Positions 53,013 to 61,691 of a stretch of 64,000 nucleotides of DNA are shown one piece after another. How positions within the stretch are numbered: the first letter of the stretch is position 1; each line of letters begins with the position of its first letter. A program made the translations under genes and the position numbers. The DNA comes from Acidobacteriota bacterium (lineage in GTDB: Bacteria; Acidobacteriota; Blastocatellia; Pyrinomonadales; Pyrinomonadaceae), in assembly GCA_031409875.1 (NCBI GenBank), contig JANNYB010000133.1, forward strand, positions 4,765 through 68,764. The letters are read 5' to 3'. The notes below the pieces were generated by a model, which was given only the letters and a program-made list of their open reading frames with translations, was not told where the DNA came from and did not search any database.

Positions 53013-53567
53013 ATGTTTTGTCCGAAATGTGCAACTGAAAATCCTGATAACGGTAAATTCTGCCGTTCGTGCGGAATTGATTTAGGCAATGTTTCGGCGG
53101 CTTTGGCAGGTAAGTCGTCGGCATTGCAATATACGGTTGACCCTAGAAAAAGAGGTGTTAGCTGGGAAATTTCCATTACTAAAATGTTCACGGGCGCGGC
53201 TTTTCTGGTGGTTGCTTTGATTCTGGGATTTGTCGGAAAATTCGGGGCGGACAATTGGTGGTTTTGGCTATTGATTCCCGCATTTGGATTGCTTAGTAGC
53301 GGAATTGCCCAAGCGGTTCAATTGAAAAAATTGGAAAAACTCGAAGCTGATTTTTCTCCGCAAAACCCGCAAAACACAATTTCATCACCGCAAAATAATA
53401 ATGCTTTACCGCCGATTCAGACCGATTATGCTGTTTCGCCAAGACAATCTTTATACGAAACGGACGATTTAGTTATTCAGCCGAGCGTAACAGAAAACAC
53501 GACACGGAATTTGGAAATGAATTCTGAAGGCAAAACGATGACTTTGTCGAAAAAACAGGAGAATTAG
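53013..53567 (+). CDS. zinc-ribbon / 2-TM protein, tandem paralog 2 of 3
   Basis: MFCPKCATENPDNGKFCRSCGIDLGNV .. LPPIQTDYA..TDDLVIQPSVTENTTRNLEMNSEGKTMTLSK. Confidence 0.8.
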   Translation: MFCPKCATENPDNGKFCRSCGIDLGNVSAALAGKSSALQYTVDPRKRGVSWEISITKMFTGAAFLVVALILGFVGKFGADNWWFWLLIPAFGLLSSGIAQAVQLKKLEKLEADFSPQNPQNTISSPQNNNALPPIQTDYAVSPRQSLYETDDLVIQPSVTENTTRNLEMNSEGKTMTLSKKQEN

Positions 53568-53571
53568 GTTT

Positions 53572-54114
53572 ATGTTTTGTCCGAAATGTGGAATTGAAAA
53601 TCCTGATAACGGTAAATTTTGCCGTTCGTGCGGAGCTGATTTGAGCAATGTTTTGGCGGTTGTCGAAGGGAAATTTTCGGTAGAAAATGTGGCTTCGTCC
53701 GAAGATTCTTCGGCGGAACTTTACAGCACCTCGATTAGAAATATAATTCTCGGATTCGGGTTTTTAACGGCGGCGGTTTTTCTTTTCACGATTCCACCGA
53801 ATAACGGAATTTTATGGCTTTTGGCAATGATTACAGGTTTTTGTCTGCTGGCTTCGGGCATCAGTCGTTGGGTAAAAGCCGATGCGTTGAAAAAGGAACG
53901 CACATTGCGCGGTAATGTTCCGAAACAACCAATATTTACTGCAACTCAACCAAATAAAGAACTTCCGCCGACGCAAACCGATTACGTCAAACCGCAAAAA
54001 TCAATTTACCAAACCGAAGATTTAGCCGTCGAACCTCAAAGCGTTACCGAAGAAACAACGCGCCAACTCGAAATGAAAGCCAAAAGCGAAACGATGAATT
54101 CGCCGGAGAAATAA
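53572..54114 (+). CDS. zinc-ribbon / 2-TM protein, tandem paralog 3 of 3
   Basis: MFCPKCGIENPDNGKFCRSCGADLSNV .. LPPTQTDYV..TEDLAVEPQSVTEETTRQLEMKAKSETMNSPEK. Confidence 0.8.
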   Translation: MFCPKCGIENPDNGKFCRSCGADLSNVLAVVEGKFSVENVASSEDSSAELYSTSIRNIILGFGFLTAAVFLFTIPPNNGILWLLAMITGFCLLASGISRWVKADALKKERTLRGNVPKQPIFTATQPNKELPPTQTDYVKPQKSIYQTEDLAVEPQSVTEETTRQLEMKAKSETMNSPEK

Positions 54115-54164
54115 TTTATGCCCACGAGAATATATTTGGCGGTGAATTAAAAATTGAAGTAAAA

Positions 54165-54470
54165 TTGTCTGAAGAGGAATTGAATATGGTTAAAATGCAG
54201 GAAGCGATGGGACTTGCAAAGTCTTTTATAATTAAAAATAGCGGAGTAAAACAAGGATTTCATTTAGAAGAAGCCTTTTTCAATAAAAATGAAAACATTT
54301 GGAAAGTAACTTACAGTTTTTTTCAAAAAAATGATGCGCTGAATACGCTTCAAGAGTTAGCCGGAATAGAAGGCAGAAGAGTTTATCGAACGGTTGAAAT
54401 AGACAATGAAAACGGAGAAATTCTCGGAATGAAAGCCGGTTTCGGCTCGAATTTGGGCGTTATCGTATGA
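54165..54470 (+). CDS. small protein upstream of a PIN-like gene (antitoxin candidate)
   Basis: 101 aa (an internal ATG at MVKMQEAMG is possible). 4-nt overlap (ATGA) with the next ORF. AT-rich. Confidence 0.6.
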   Translation: MSEEELNMVKMQEAMGLAKSFIIKNSGVKQGFHLEEAFFNKNENIWKVTYSFFQKNDALNTLQELAGIEGRRVYRTVEIDNENGEILGMKAGFGSNLGVIV

Positions 54471-54946
54471 CCAGTTATGTAAAAAAACTGATTCAAAAAT
54501 ATAAATTCAAAGGTCTTTTGACAGATACGAATCTGCTTTTGCTTTATCTTGTCGGTTCTTTCGATATTGAGTTAATTAGAAATTTCAAAAGAACATCACA
54601 TTATTCGATTGATGATTTTTATATCGTATCCGATTTTTTGAAATTATTTGAAAGGAAAATAGTTACTCCGCACATACTCACGGAGGTCAGCGATTTTATT
54701 GATAACCGGCGCGAATTACAAATATTGTTGAAAACTTTTATCGAAAAAGGGTTAGAAGAAAAATTTACTAAAAGTGAGATAATTGTTCAAAACAAAGAGT
54801 TTATCAATTTCGGCTTGGCAGATACGGCAACAATGGAGATTGCCAAAAATTCTTACTTGATTTTTACTGATGACAATCCCCTTTACGGACTTTTGCTCAA
54901 TTCAGACATTGATGCCGTAAATTTATCTTTGCTTCGGGAAATCTAA
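54467..54946 (+). CDS. PIN-like nuclease-fold protein (tentative)
   Basis: 159 aa. Acidic positions in LLTDTNLLLLY, TPHILTEVS, GLADTA and IFTDDNPLY follow the PIN pattern. Confidence 0.6.
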   Translation: MTSYVKKLIQKYKFKGLLTDTNLLLLYLVGSFDIELIRNFKRTSHYSIDDFYIVSDFLKLFERKIVTPHILTEVSDFIDNRRELQILLKTFIEKGLEEKFTKSEIIVQNKEFINFGLADTATMEIAKNSYLIFTDDNPLYGLLLNSDIDAVNLSLLREI

Positions 54947-55782
54947 CTTTTCTTTCGCAAATCGAGCCGATGACCGGAAAGGCGTTCGATTATTTTCAGG
55001 TATTTTTTCGGGAAAAGACGCGAAACGTAATTTATTGCGTGAGCGTCTTTGCCGATTAAGATTCGCGGATTTTTGGCTTTTATGCCTTTTATAATCGTTT
55101 CGGCGGCTTGTTCGGGCGTGGTTATGGCGACTTTATCGAAAAATTTTACGCCTTGCGTTTTGAATTCTTCGGGCGTGTTTTCGCCAATGCGCGAATTGCG
55201 GGCGATGTTGGTTTTGATGCCGCCGGGATGAACGCTCGAAACGCGGACGTTTGTGTCTTCGAGTTCGTGGCGCAAAGATTCGGTAAAGCCGCGAACGGCG
55301 AATTTACTCGAACAATAAGCGGTTTGTTCGGGCGGCGCGACGAGTCCGAAAACGCTGGAAATGTTGACGATATGCGCTGATTCTTGCTCGCGTAAAACAG
55401 GCAAAAAAACTTTACAGCCGTAAATCACGCCCCAAAAATTTATTGACATCAACCATTCAAAATCTTCCAGCGAAATTTGCTCGAAAGTTCCAATAAGCCC
55501 GACTCCGGCATTGTTTATCAAATGCGTTGCGCGTCCGTGTTTTGCTAAAACTTCCGTTTTCAAACGCTCGATTTCCGCGAGTTTTGAAGTGTCAACGAGA
55601 TGCGCCGAAACCGCAACGCCAAGTTTGTCAACCATTTCCGCTGTTTCGGTTAAACCGTTTTCATTAACATCCGAAATCGAAATTCCGGCAATTTTTTCCT
55701 GTGCGAAACGCACGGCAAGCGCACGCCCGATACCTGAACTCGCGCCCGTAATCACGGCAACGCTATTTTTTGAAAGTGTCAT
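54943..55782 (-). CDS. short-chain dehydrogenase/reductase
   Basis: AVITGASSGIGRALA, NNAG, and the S..YCSSKFAV catalytic motif. Confidence 0.9.
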   Translation of the reverse strand: MTLSKNSVAVITGASSGIGRALAVRFAQEKIAGISISDVNENGLTETAEMVDKLGVAVSAHLVDTSKLAEIERLKTEVLAKHGRATHLINNAGVGLIGTFEQISLEDFEWLMSINFWGVIYGCKVFLPVLREQESAHIVNISSVFGLVAPPEQTAYCSSKFAVRGFTESLRHELEDTNVRVSSVHPGGIKTNIARNSRIGENTPEEFKTQGVKFFDKVAITTPEQAAETIIKGIKAKNPRILIGKDAHAINYVSRLFPKKYLKIIERLSGHRLDLRKKS

Positions 55783-55801
55783 AAATATCTCGAATTTGAA
55801 A

Positions 55802-57937
55802 TTATTTTCTTACCGCAACTCCGATAATTCCGATGTTTCCATTGGCATCAAAAACGCGAAAAGCAACCGAATTATCGCCTTTATTCGGAACTGTTAAATC
55901 TAAAGTGTAAGATTCTTTCGTGCCGTCGGAAATTCCGTCGTCGGCATAGACGGTTTGCCATTCGCCGCCGTTGATGCTGTATTCGGCGCGGGTTAGATAA
56001 CTTGCCGTTTCGCTTGCGTTTAGAGAGATTTTAACGCGGTCGCCGTTGATTTGCGTCGTGCCGTTTTGCGTAATTATTGGCGCAGAATTATCAATGTCGA
56101 AAGGTTCGCTCAGACGTTCACCGGAAAGCATTTTCGATGTCGGATTTGAAAGCGAATCTTTAACGATGATTTTGAAAATATAACGTCCGTCGGCAAGCGT
56201 CGAACCGTCAATCGTGTAAAAATTTACGCGCAAATTTTCGGCTAAAAGTTTGAAATCGTTTTGGTTAATCTCGCGGTAATAAAGGTCATACAAAAGTTTA
56301 TCGCCGTTGCGATCTTCGGCTGTCCAAGCCAGCGAACGCGCTCCGCGCTGATAAATTCGGCGCGGTGGAATTTGCGGATTTTGCAAACCGAAAACGCTCA
56401 AATCAATGCCGGAATTTTCGATATTCGGATCAATTTGCATCGGCGGATTTTCCGCAAGTCCGACGTTTGTCGGCAAAATCTGAACTGAAAGAATTTCGGG
56501 CGCAATGTTCGCGGGAAGATAAGAAACATTCGCTTCGTTTAAAGTCGAAGTTCCTTTCAAAACTGCCCGCCATTGCAGAAATTTTGCTTTCGGGCTGGAG
56601 ATTTGTGCGCCTTTTTGATCGGATGAAGCCGCGCTCCAATCGCTCCAAGTTTCGTTCGGTTTTTCGGTGTTGCCGCTGCGCGTTTGAATCGTAACATTGC
56701 CGCTCGAACGCCACCAGATTCTGCCCCAATCAGCCGTTGCTTTTGCATCTAAAACCGCCGATTCGTAAATACCTTCGGCGTTTGATTCCGCGCCGAAACG
56801 GAAAAGTTTTCCTTGATTGCTCGAAGTCGCAAAAAGATTTTTGCCGTTTGATTTTATCGTCGAAATTTGACCTTCGCCCGTCTGCAAAAGCAAAGTTTCG
56901 CGCCCGTCGTTCGTGATGTTATAAATTCTGCCTTTGTCGGAAGTGCCGACGAGAACGCCGTTTCCGGTTTGATGTGCGTAGATTGAAAATCCGATAACCG
57001 TCGGCGAATTCCATAAAACATTCGTGCTGCCATCGGGCAAAATTCGATAAATAATTGTTTTTGCATTCGTCAAATCATAACGGCTTTTCACGGGAGTTTC
57101 TGTCGGATTTGTTTCAACTGTAACGGTATTTGAAGTTGTCGTCGTGGTTGTCGTCGTTTCGGTTTTCGGTGCGGTAATCGTTTCGCTCAAAGCCAGCACA
57201 TAAACCGAACCGTCCGCGCCGATTGCCAAATCGTGAATTTCACGAAGCGGCGAATCGAGCAAAGCAAACGCTTTTCCGTCCGTGCCGAAACGCAAAACCA
57301 ATCCGCCCGAATCCGTTCCGGCGAAAAGATTTCCGTTTTTATCTGCCGCGAGCGAGATAATATGATTTTCGCTCGTATCAAAAAGCAGGGAAGTTTCAGG
57401 CGTAGAATTTGCCGATTTCACTTTGTAAATCTTCCCGTTTTCGCCCGTTCCAACCGCTAAACTTCCATCAGATAAAACCGCTAAAGACCAAATATATTTT
57501 TCCTTCGGTTCAAAATAAACAGTCGCGTTTCCGCTTGCGTCAATCCGATAAACCTTGCCATCGGGCGAAGTTCCGGCGTAAATTTCGCCTGATTTTCCGA
57601 CGGCGATTGCCGAAACATTCAATTCCGCCGAATCGTAAAAAAGTTTTCCGTTTCCGCTTGCGTCAACCTTAAAAATTTTGCCGTCCGAACCTGTGCCGAG
57701 AAAGACATTTCCGCTCGCATCAACCGCGCTCGACCAGACGTAAGATTGATCGGTTTTGAAAACTTCGGTCAATTTTGGCGCAAGCGAAATTTCACCGTTA
57801 TCGCCAATTGAAATACCTTTCGCGTCGCCGCGCAAAACGTCGGCACGGGAATTAACCGACCAAATCGAAGGTTCGCCGGCATTGATTGAAAAGGAAAATA
57901 AAAGCAGGAACGTAAAGAACAGAAGATATTTATTCAT
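55802..57937 (-). CDS. secreted beta-propeller repeat protein with C-terminal Ig-like domains
   Basis: 711 aa with signal peptide. Repeated blades of the form SGN.F.GTGSDGKIFKV, SGEIYAGTSPDGKVYRI, DGSLAVGTGENGKIYKV. T-rich linker. Confidence 0.8.
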   Translation of the reverse strand: MNKYLLFFTFLLLFSFSINAGEPSIWSVNSRADVLRGDAKGISIGDNGEISLAPKLTEVFKTDQSYVWSSAVDASGNVFLGTGSDGKIFKVDASGNGKLFYDSAELNVSAIAVGKSGEIYAGTSPDGKVYRIDASGNATVYFEPKEKYIWSLAVLSDGSLAVGTGENGKIYKVKSANSTPETSLLFDTSENHIISLAADKNGNLFAGTDSGGLVLRFGTDGKAFALLDSPLREIHDLAIGADGSVYVLALSETITAPKTETTTTTTTTSNTVTVETNPTETPVKSRYDLTNAKTIIYRILPDGSTNVLWNSPTVIGFSIYAHQTGNGVLVGTSDKGRIYNITNDGRETLLLQTGEGQISTIKSNGKNLFATSSNQGKLFRFGAESNAEGIYESAVLDAKATADWGRIWWRSSGNVTIQTRSGNTEKPNETWSDWSAASSDQKGAQISSPKAKFLQWRAVLKGTSTLNEANVSYLPANIAPEILSVQILPTNVGLAENPPMQIDPNIENSGIDLSVFGLQNPQIPPRRIYQRGARSLAWTAEDRNGDKLLYDLYYREINQNDFKLLAENLRVNFYTIDGSTLADGRYIFKIIVKDSLSNPTSKMLSGERLSEPFDIDNSAPIITQNGTTQINGDRVKISLNASETASYLTRAEYSINGGEWQTVYADDGISDGTKESYTLDLTVPNKGDNSVAFRVFDANGNIGIIGVAVRK

Positions 57938-58011
57938 TTGATTGTGTTAAGTTCTAATAACAAAAATACACGAAAACACCTAAAAAATCCAACAAAAATA
58001 AAATTGCTTTC

Positions 58012-58174
58012 AGCTGGGAGCGCAGGCTTTCCAGCCTGCAAGATTGTGAAGCGTTTCGCGGAGCAATCTAACGACGTTGCGGATAAAATCAACTTGATTT
58101 CTACTCGAATGCTCTTAGATTGCTCCGCGAAACGCTCTGCAATCTTGCAGGCTGGGAAGCCTGCGCTCCCAGCT
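58012..58174. repeat. 163-bp nested palindrome of the CTGGGAGCGC family
   Basis: AGCTGGGAGCGCAGGCTTTCCAGCCTGCAAGATTGTGAAGCGTTTCGCGGAGCAATCTAA .. TTAGATTGCTCCGCGAAACGCTCTGCAATCTTGCAGGCTGGGAAGCCTGCGCTCCCAGCT. ORFs 57934-58179 and 57938-58276 are artefacts of it. Confidence 0.9.
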
Positions 58175-58175
58175 A

Positions 58176-59519
58176 TCATTTCGCCGTTTTTCTTTTCGTC
58201 TTTTTCGGAATTGTCGCGGTCTGATTGGCTTCCAAAAAATTTAAAGCATCACGCAATTCTTCCGCGTCGCCCGTAATCAAACGCGCACTTCTTTCGCGTG
58301 TCAAATATGCCCAAAACCATTCGCTGAGAACGTAAAGGCGATTTTTGAAACCGATTAAACTGATAACGTGAATAAAAAGCCACGCAAGCCACGCGATAAA
58401 TCCGGTTAATTTGAACTTTCCGGCTTCGACAATCGCTTTGCTTTTTCCGATTGTTGCCATCGAACCTTTGTCCCAATATTTAAAATCTTTGCGTGGTTTA
58501 TTTTTTGCATCGTTCAAAATATTCTCACAAGCCGTTTGCGCCATTTGAGTTGCGGCTGGCGCAACGCCCGGCACGATTTTTCCGTTTGCCTGTTTCAAAC
58601 TCGCCATATCGCCAATGACGAAAATGTTTTTTTGATTCGGAACGCTCAAATCATTATTCACAAAAACTCGTCCGGCTTTGTCGGTTTCTGCGTCAAATTG
58701 TTTGCCGAGAGGTGAAGCCGCAACGCCTGTCGCCCAAACTAAAACATCGCAATTTATCCATTTATCGCTGTATTTTACTCGTCCGGCTTCAACTTCCGTA
58801 ACAAAACTATTCAAATAAACTTCAACGCCCAAACCTTCCAAATCTTTTTTCGCACGTTCCGAAAGTTCCGGCGAAAATGTGTTTAAAACTCTGTCGCCGC
58901 CTTCAAGCAGCATCACGAGAGCTTTGCGTGTATCAATCAAATTGAAATCGTTTGACAACGCCTGACGCGCAATTCCGGCAATCGCGCCTGCGAGTTCAAC
59001 GCCGGTTGCGCCCGCGCCGACCACGACAAAATTCAAATGTTTTTTCACGCCCGTCAAATATGCTTCACGCTCGGCGAGTTCAAAAGCCAGCAAAACACGC
59101 CGCCGAATTTCGAGCGCATCTTCGACGGTTTTGAGTCCGGGCGCGAAATTTTCCCATTCGTCGTGTCCGAAATAAGAATGCCGCGCACCTGCCGCAACAA
59201 TCAAATAATCAAACGAAATTTCAGAATCATCAGCGAGTTTGACTACTTTTTTGGCTAAATCAAACGCGACAACTTCGCCCAAAATTACTTGCACATTCTT
59301 AAACTTGTGCAAAATGCGTCGAATCGGCGAAGCAATTTCACCCGGCGATAAAACCGCCGTCGCAACTTGGTAAAGCAAAGGCTGAAAAGTATGATGATTT
59401 TTCTTATCAATCAGCGTAACTTCGACATCTTCGCCGCCCAATTCCTTCGCCGCCTGAAGTCCGCCGAATCCGCCGCCGATAATTACAACTTTTGGTTTAT
59501 TTTCCATAAGAATCTCCAA
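58176..59519 (-). CDS. ndh: type II NADH dehydrogenase (NDH-2)
   Basis: KVVIIGGGFGGLQAAKEL, a second dinucleotide fold VVVGAGATGVELAG, and IFVIGDMA. Confidence 0.9.
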   Translation of the reverse strand: MEILMENKPKVVIIGGGFGGLQAAKELGGEDVEVTLIDKKNHHTFQPLLYQVATAVLSPGEIASPIRRILHKFKNVQVILGEVVAFDLAKKVVKLADDSEISFDYLIVAAGARHSYFGHDEWENFAPGLKTVEDALEIRRRVLLAFELAEREAYLTGVKKHLNFVVVGAGATGVELAGAIAGIARQALSNDFNLIDTRKALVMLLEGGDRVLNTFSPELSERAKKDLEGLGVEVYLNSFVTEVEAGRVKYSDKWINCDVLVWATGVAASPLGKQFDAETDKAGRVFVNNDLSVPNQKNIFVIGDMASLKQANGKIVPGVAPAATQMAQTACENILNDAKNKPRKDFKYWDKGSMATIGKSKAIVEAGKFKLTGFIAWLAWLFIHVISLIGFKNRLYVLSEWFWAYLTRERSARLITGDAEELRDALNFLEANQTATIPKKTKRKTAK

Positions 59520-59591
59520 TATTTATCGCGCAAAATATTTGTGAAAAGTATCTCATATATCTTAAAATTATTATAAATCGCCGAATAAAAT

Positions 59592-60080
59592 ATGTTACAA
59601 TTCGAACGAATGAAAAGCGGCGCAGGCGGAAATTGGCGAAGATTTGACGAAAAATTTGATGTTTCGATTATTAAGCAAGAAAGCGGACTTTCGTGTGTTT
59701 CGGCGGTTGGTGAAATGCTTCTGAAAAATCGAGGAATCTTTGTTTCGCAAGCGAAAATCCGTGATATAATCGGGGAACCTGCTGCTATTGAAAGTTTGGC
59801 GGAAGTTTTGAATATTTTTGATAATTCCGACGATGGAAAATCTTGGCACGGACACGCAACTGATATAAAAAGTCTTGAAATACTTTTTCGTATGGAAAAT
59901 TGGGCAGTTTTTATGGTTGATGATTTTGTTTTGAATCGAATGCTTCACGCGGTTTTTATTGAAGGAAAAACAAACGGCGATTTAGTGAAAATCAAAGATA
60001 CTTTCGACCAAACTTCATACAAAATGACAATGCCGGATTTCATTAAACATTGGGGCGGACAAATTATTTACAGAAAATGA
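59592..60080 (+). CDS. papain-fold cysteine peptidase, C39-like (tentative)
   Basis: 162 aa with no signal peptide. QESGLSCVSAVGEML (Gln/Cys) and MLHAVFIEGKTNGDLVKIKDTFD (His..Asp) follow the C39-like order. Confidence 0.55.
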   Translation: MLQFERMKSGAGGNWRRFDEKFDVSIIKQESGLSCVSAVGEMLLKNRGIFVSQAKIRDIIGEPAAIESLAEVLNIFDNSDDGKSWHGHATDIKSLEILFRMENWAVFMVDDFVLNRMLHAVFIEGKTNGDLVKIKDTFDQTSYKMTMPDFIKHWGGQIIYRK

Positions 60081-60322
60081 ACAGAAGAAAATTACAACTT
60101 AATATTTTGGAAATTTCAGCCGATGGAGTAAATTTCGAGGTTGTTTTGGATAATAAAAAAACGCAATACAAAGCGAAAATTGTCAACAATGGCGGAATTT
60201 TCGGTGTGGAATTTCCGAAAGAAGTAAGTTTAAAGGTTTCGTATTTTCCCGATGAAACCAAAGAATTTATCAGTAATTTAAGAGAAATTTACTTTTCTTC
60301 CGAAGAACTTCAAGCCGCTTAA
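60077..60322 (+). CDS. 81-aa protein translationally coupled to the C39-like gene (immunity/partner candidate)
   Basis: ATG 60077 overlaps stop TGA 60078-60080 (ATGA). Beta-rich sequence MNRRKLQLNILEISADGVNFEVVLDN... Confidence 0.55.
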   Translation: MNRRKLQLNILEISADGVNFEVVLDNKKTQYKAKIVNNGGIFGVEFPKEVSLKVSYFPDETKEFISNLREIYFSSEELQAA

Positions 60323-60324
60323 AT

Positions 60325-61341
60325 TTAACTTCCTATATATTTTGCATAAATCGAACGTGCTGTCGAAACATCATCCGTGCCGCGAATGATGGCGCGTCCG
60401 TCGCGGAAAATGGTTAGTTCGTAATCTTCAAATGTCAGACGCAAAAGATATTCGTTGAGTTTGATTTCGCCGTGAGATTTTAGTTTTTCGGCGAGATTTT
60501 TTAAATCAATTTCGGTCGGTTTCGGCGCAATTTGGACGGCATTTCGTCCGCATAAAACGGCGGAAAATTCGCTGGCTTCGGCATCGAGAAATTCAAAATT
60601 TTGTTTCGCGCAACATTCGCAATCTTCGTTCGGTTTTCCGAGTTTTATTTTGCGCCAATCGTTTTGCCAAACGTCAATTTGAATCAGAGATTTGTGCAAT
60701 TTATCAAAATTTCCGGTCAAGATTTTTAACGCTTCGGTTGTTTGAATTGCGGAAATGCTCGAAATTATCGGCGAAATTACGCCTGCCGTGTCGCACGTCG
60801 GCGAACTTCCGGCGTTTGGGATTTCTTCAAAAATACAGCGCAAACACGGCGTTTCATTCGGGAAAATCGTCATCGTCGTTCCATAAGACGAAACCGCCGC
60901 GCCGTAAATCCAAGTTTTTGTGTGTTTGACGCAAGCGTCATTGAGTAAATAACGAATCTGAAAATTGTCCGTGCCGTCGAGAATTAAATCAACGTCTTTT
61001 ACATAACTTTCGATATTTGAATGATTTACGTCCGCGACAATCGCGTCAATTTCAACCTCAGAATTGATTGCCGCAAGCCGATTTTTCGCCGCAATCGCTT
61101 TCGGCAAACGCTCTTTCGCATCAGATTCGGAATATAAAGTTTGCCGCTGTAAATTCGTAAATTCAACAAAATCTCGATCAACAATCCGCAAAAATCCAAC
61201 TCCGCCACGCGCCAAAACTTCCGCGTGCGCCGCACCGAGCGCACCGCAACCGACGAGCAAAACACGCGAATTTTTGAGTTTTTCTTGTCCGGTTTTACCG
61301 ATTGGCGAAAATAAAATTTGTCGGCTGTATCGTTCGTTCAT
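60325..61341 (-). CDS. ThiF/MoeB-family adenylyltransferase with C-terminal extension
   Basis: YSRQILF..IGKTGQEKLKNSRVLLVGCGALGAA, DRDFVEFTNLQRQ, CLRC .. CDTAGV. Confidence 0.88.
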   Translation of the reverse strand: MNERYSRQILFSPIGKTGQEKLKNSRVLLVGCGALGAAHAEVLARGGVGFLRIVDRDFVEFTNLQRQTLYSESDAKERLPKAIAAKNRLAAINSEVEIDAIVADVNHSNIESYVKDVDLILDGTDNFQIRYLLNDACVKHTKTWIYGAAVSSYGTTMTIFPNETPCLRCIFEEIPNAGSSPTCDTAGVISPIISSISAIQTTEALKILTGNFDKLHKSLIQIDVWQNDWRKIKLGKPNEDCECCAKQNFEFLDAEASEFSAVLCGRNAVQIAPKPTEIDLKNLAEKLKSHGEIKLNEYLLRLTFEDYELTIFRDGRAIIRGTDDVSTARSIYAKYIGS

Positions 61342-61426
61342 TGCAAATCTTTGCGATTATCCAAAATTGTATTCAACAGAAGATTTATTGTAAATTATTG
61401 TAGGAAGGCTTACCATTTCAAGATTT

Positions 61427-61684
61427 ATGAAAACTTTTGAACCAATTATGGAAATACCGCTCGCGCTTCGTGAAGATGGCACGATTTGTGTTAAAAACAC
61501 TCGTTTGCCGATTGATGCGATTGTCGGTGCATATAATCGAGGCGAACGTGCCGAAAGTATTTTCGAGACTTATTCCGCGGATGTTTCTTTATTATCCGAT
61601 ATTTTTTCGATAATTTCTTACTATTTAAATAACAAGACAATGATTGATGATTATCTTGCCAAACGGCAAAGCAAATTTGATTAA
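61427..61684 (+). CDS. DUF433-like small protein (orphan antitoxin-like)
   Basis: 85 aa. ..VKNTRLPIDAIVGAYNRGERAESIFETY..DIFSIISYYL. No partner toxin gene lies downstream. Confidence 0.6.
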   Translation: MKTFEPIMEIPLALREDGTICVKNTRLPIDAIVGAYNRGERAESIFETYSADVSLLSDIFSIISYYLNNKTMIDDYLAKRQSKFD

Positions 61685-61691
61685 AGAATTT

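Noticed and set aside
59592-61341. Bacterial ubiquitin-like conjugation system (E1-like ThiF + papain-fold peptidase + small protein)
   Set aside because: The ThiF-like gene is convergent rather than co-transcribed and looks like a housekeeping ThiF/MoeB with the common C-terminal extension. The 81-aa protein ends in LQAA with no Gly-Gly-type tail. No E2-like gene is present.
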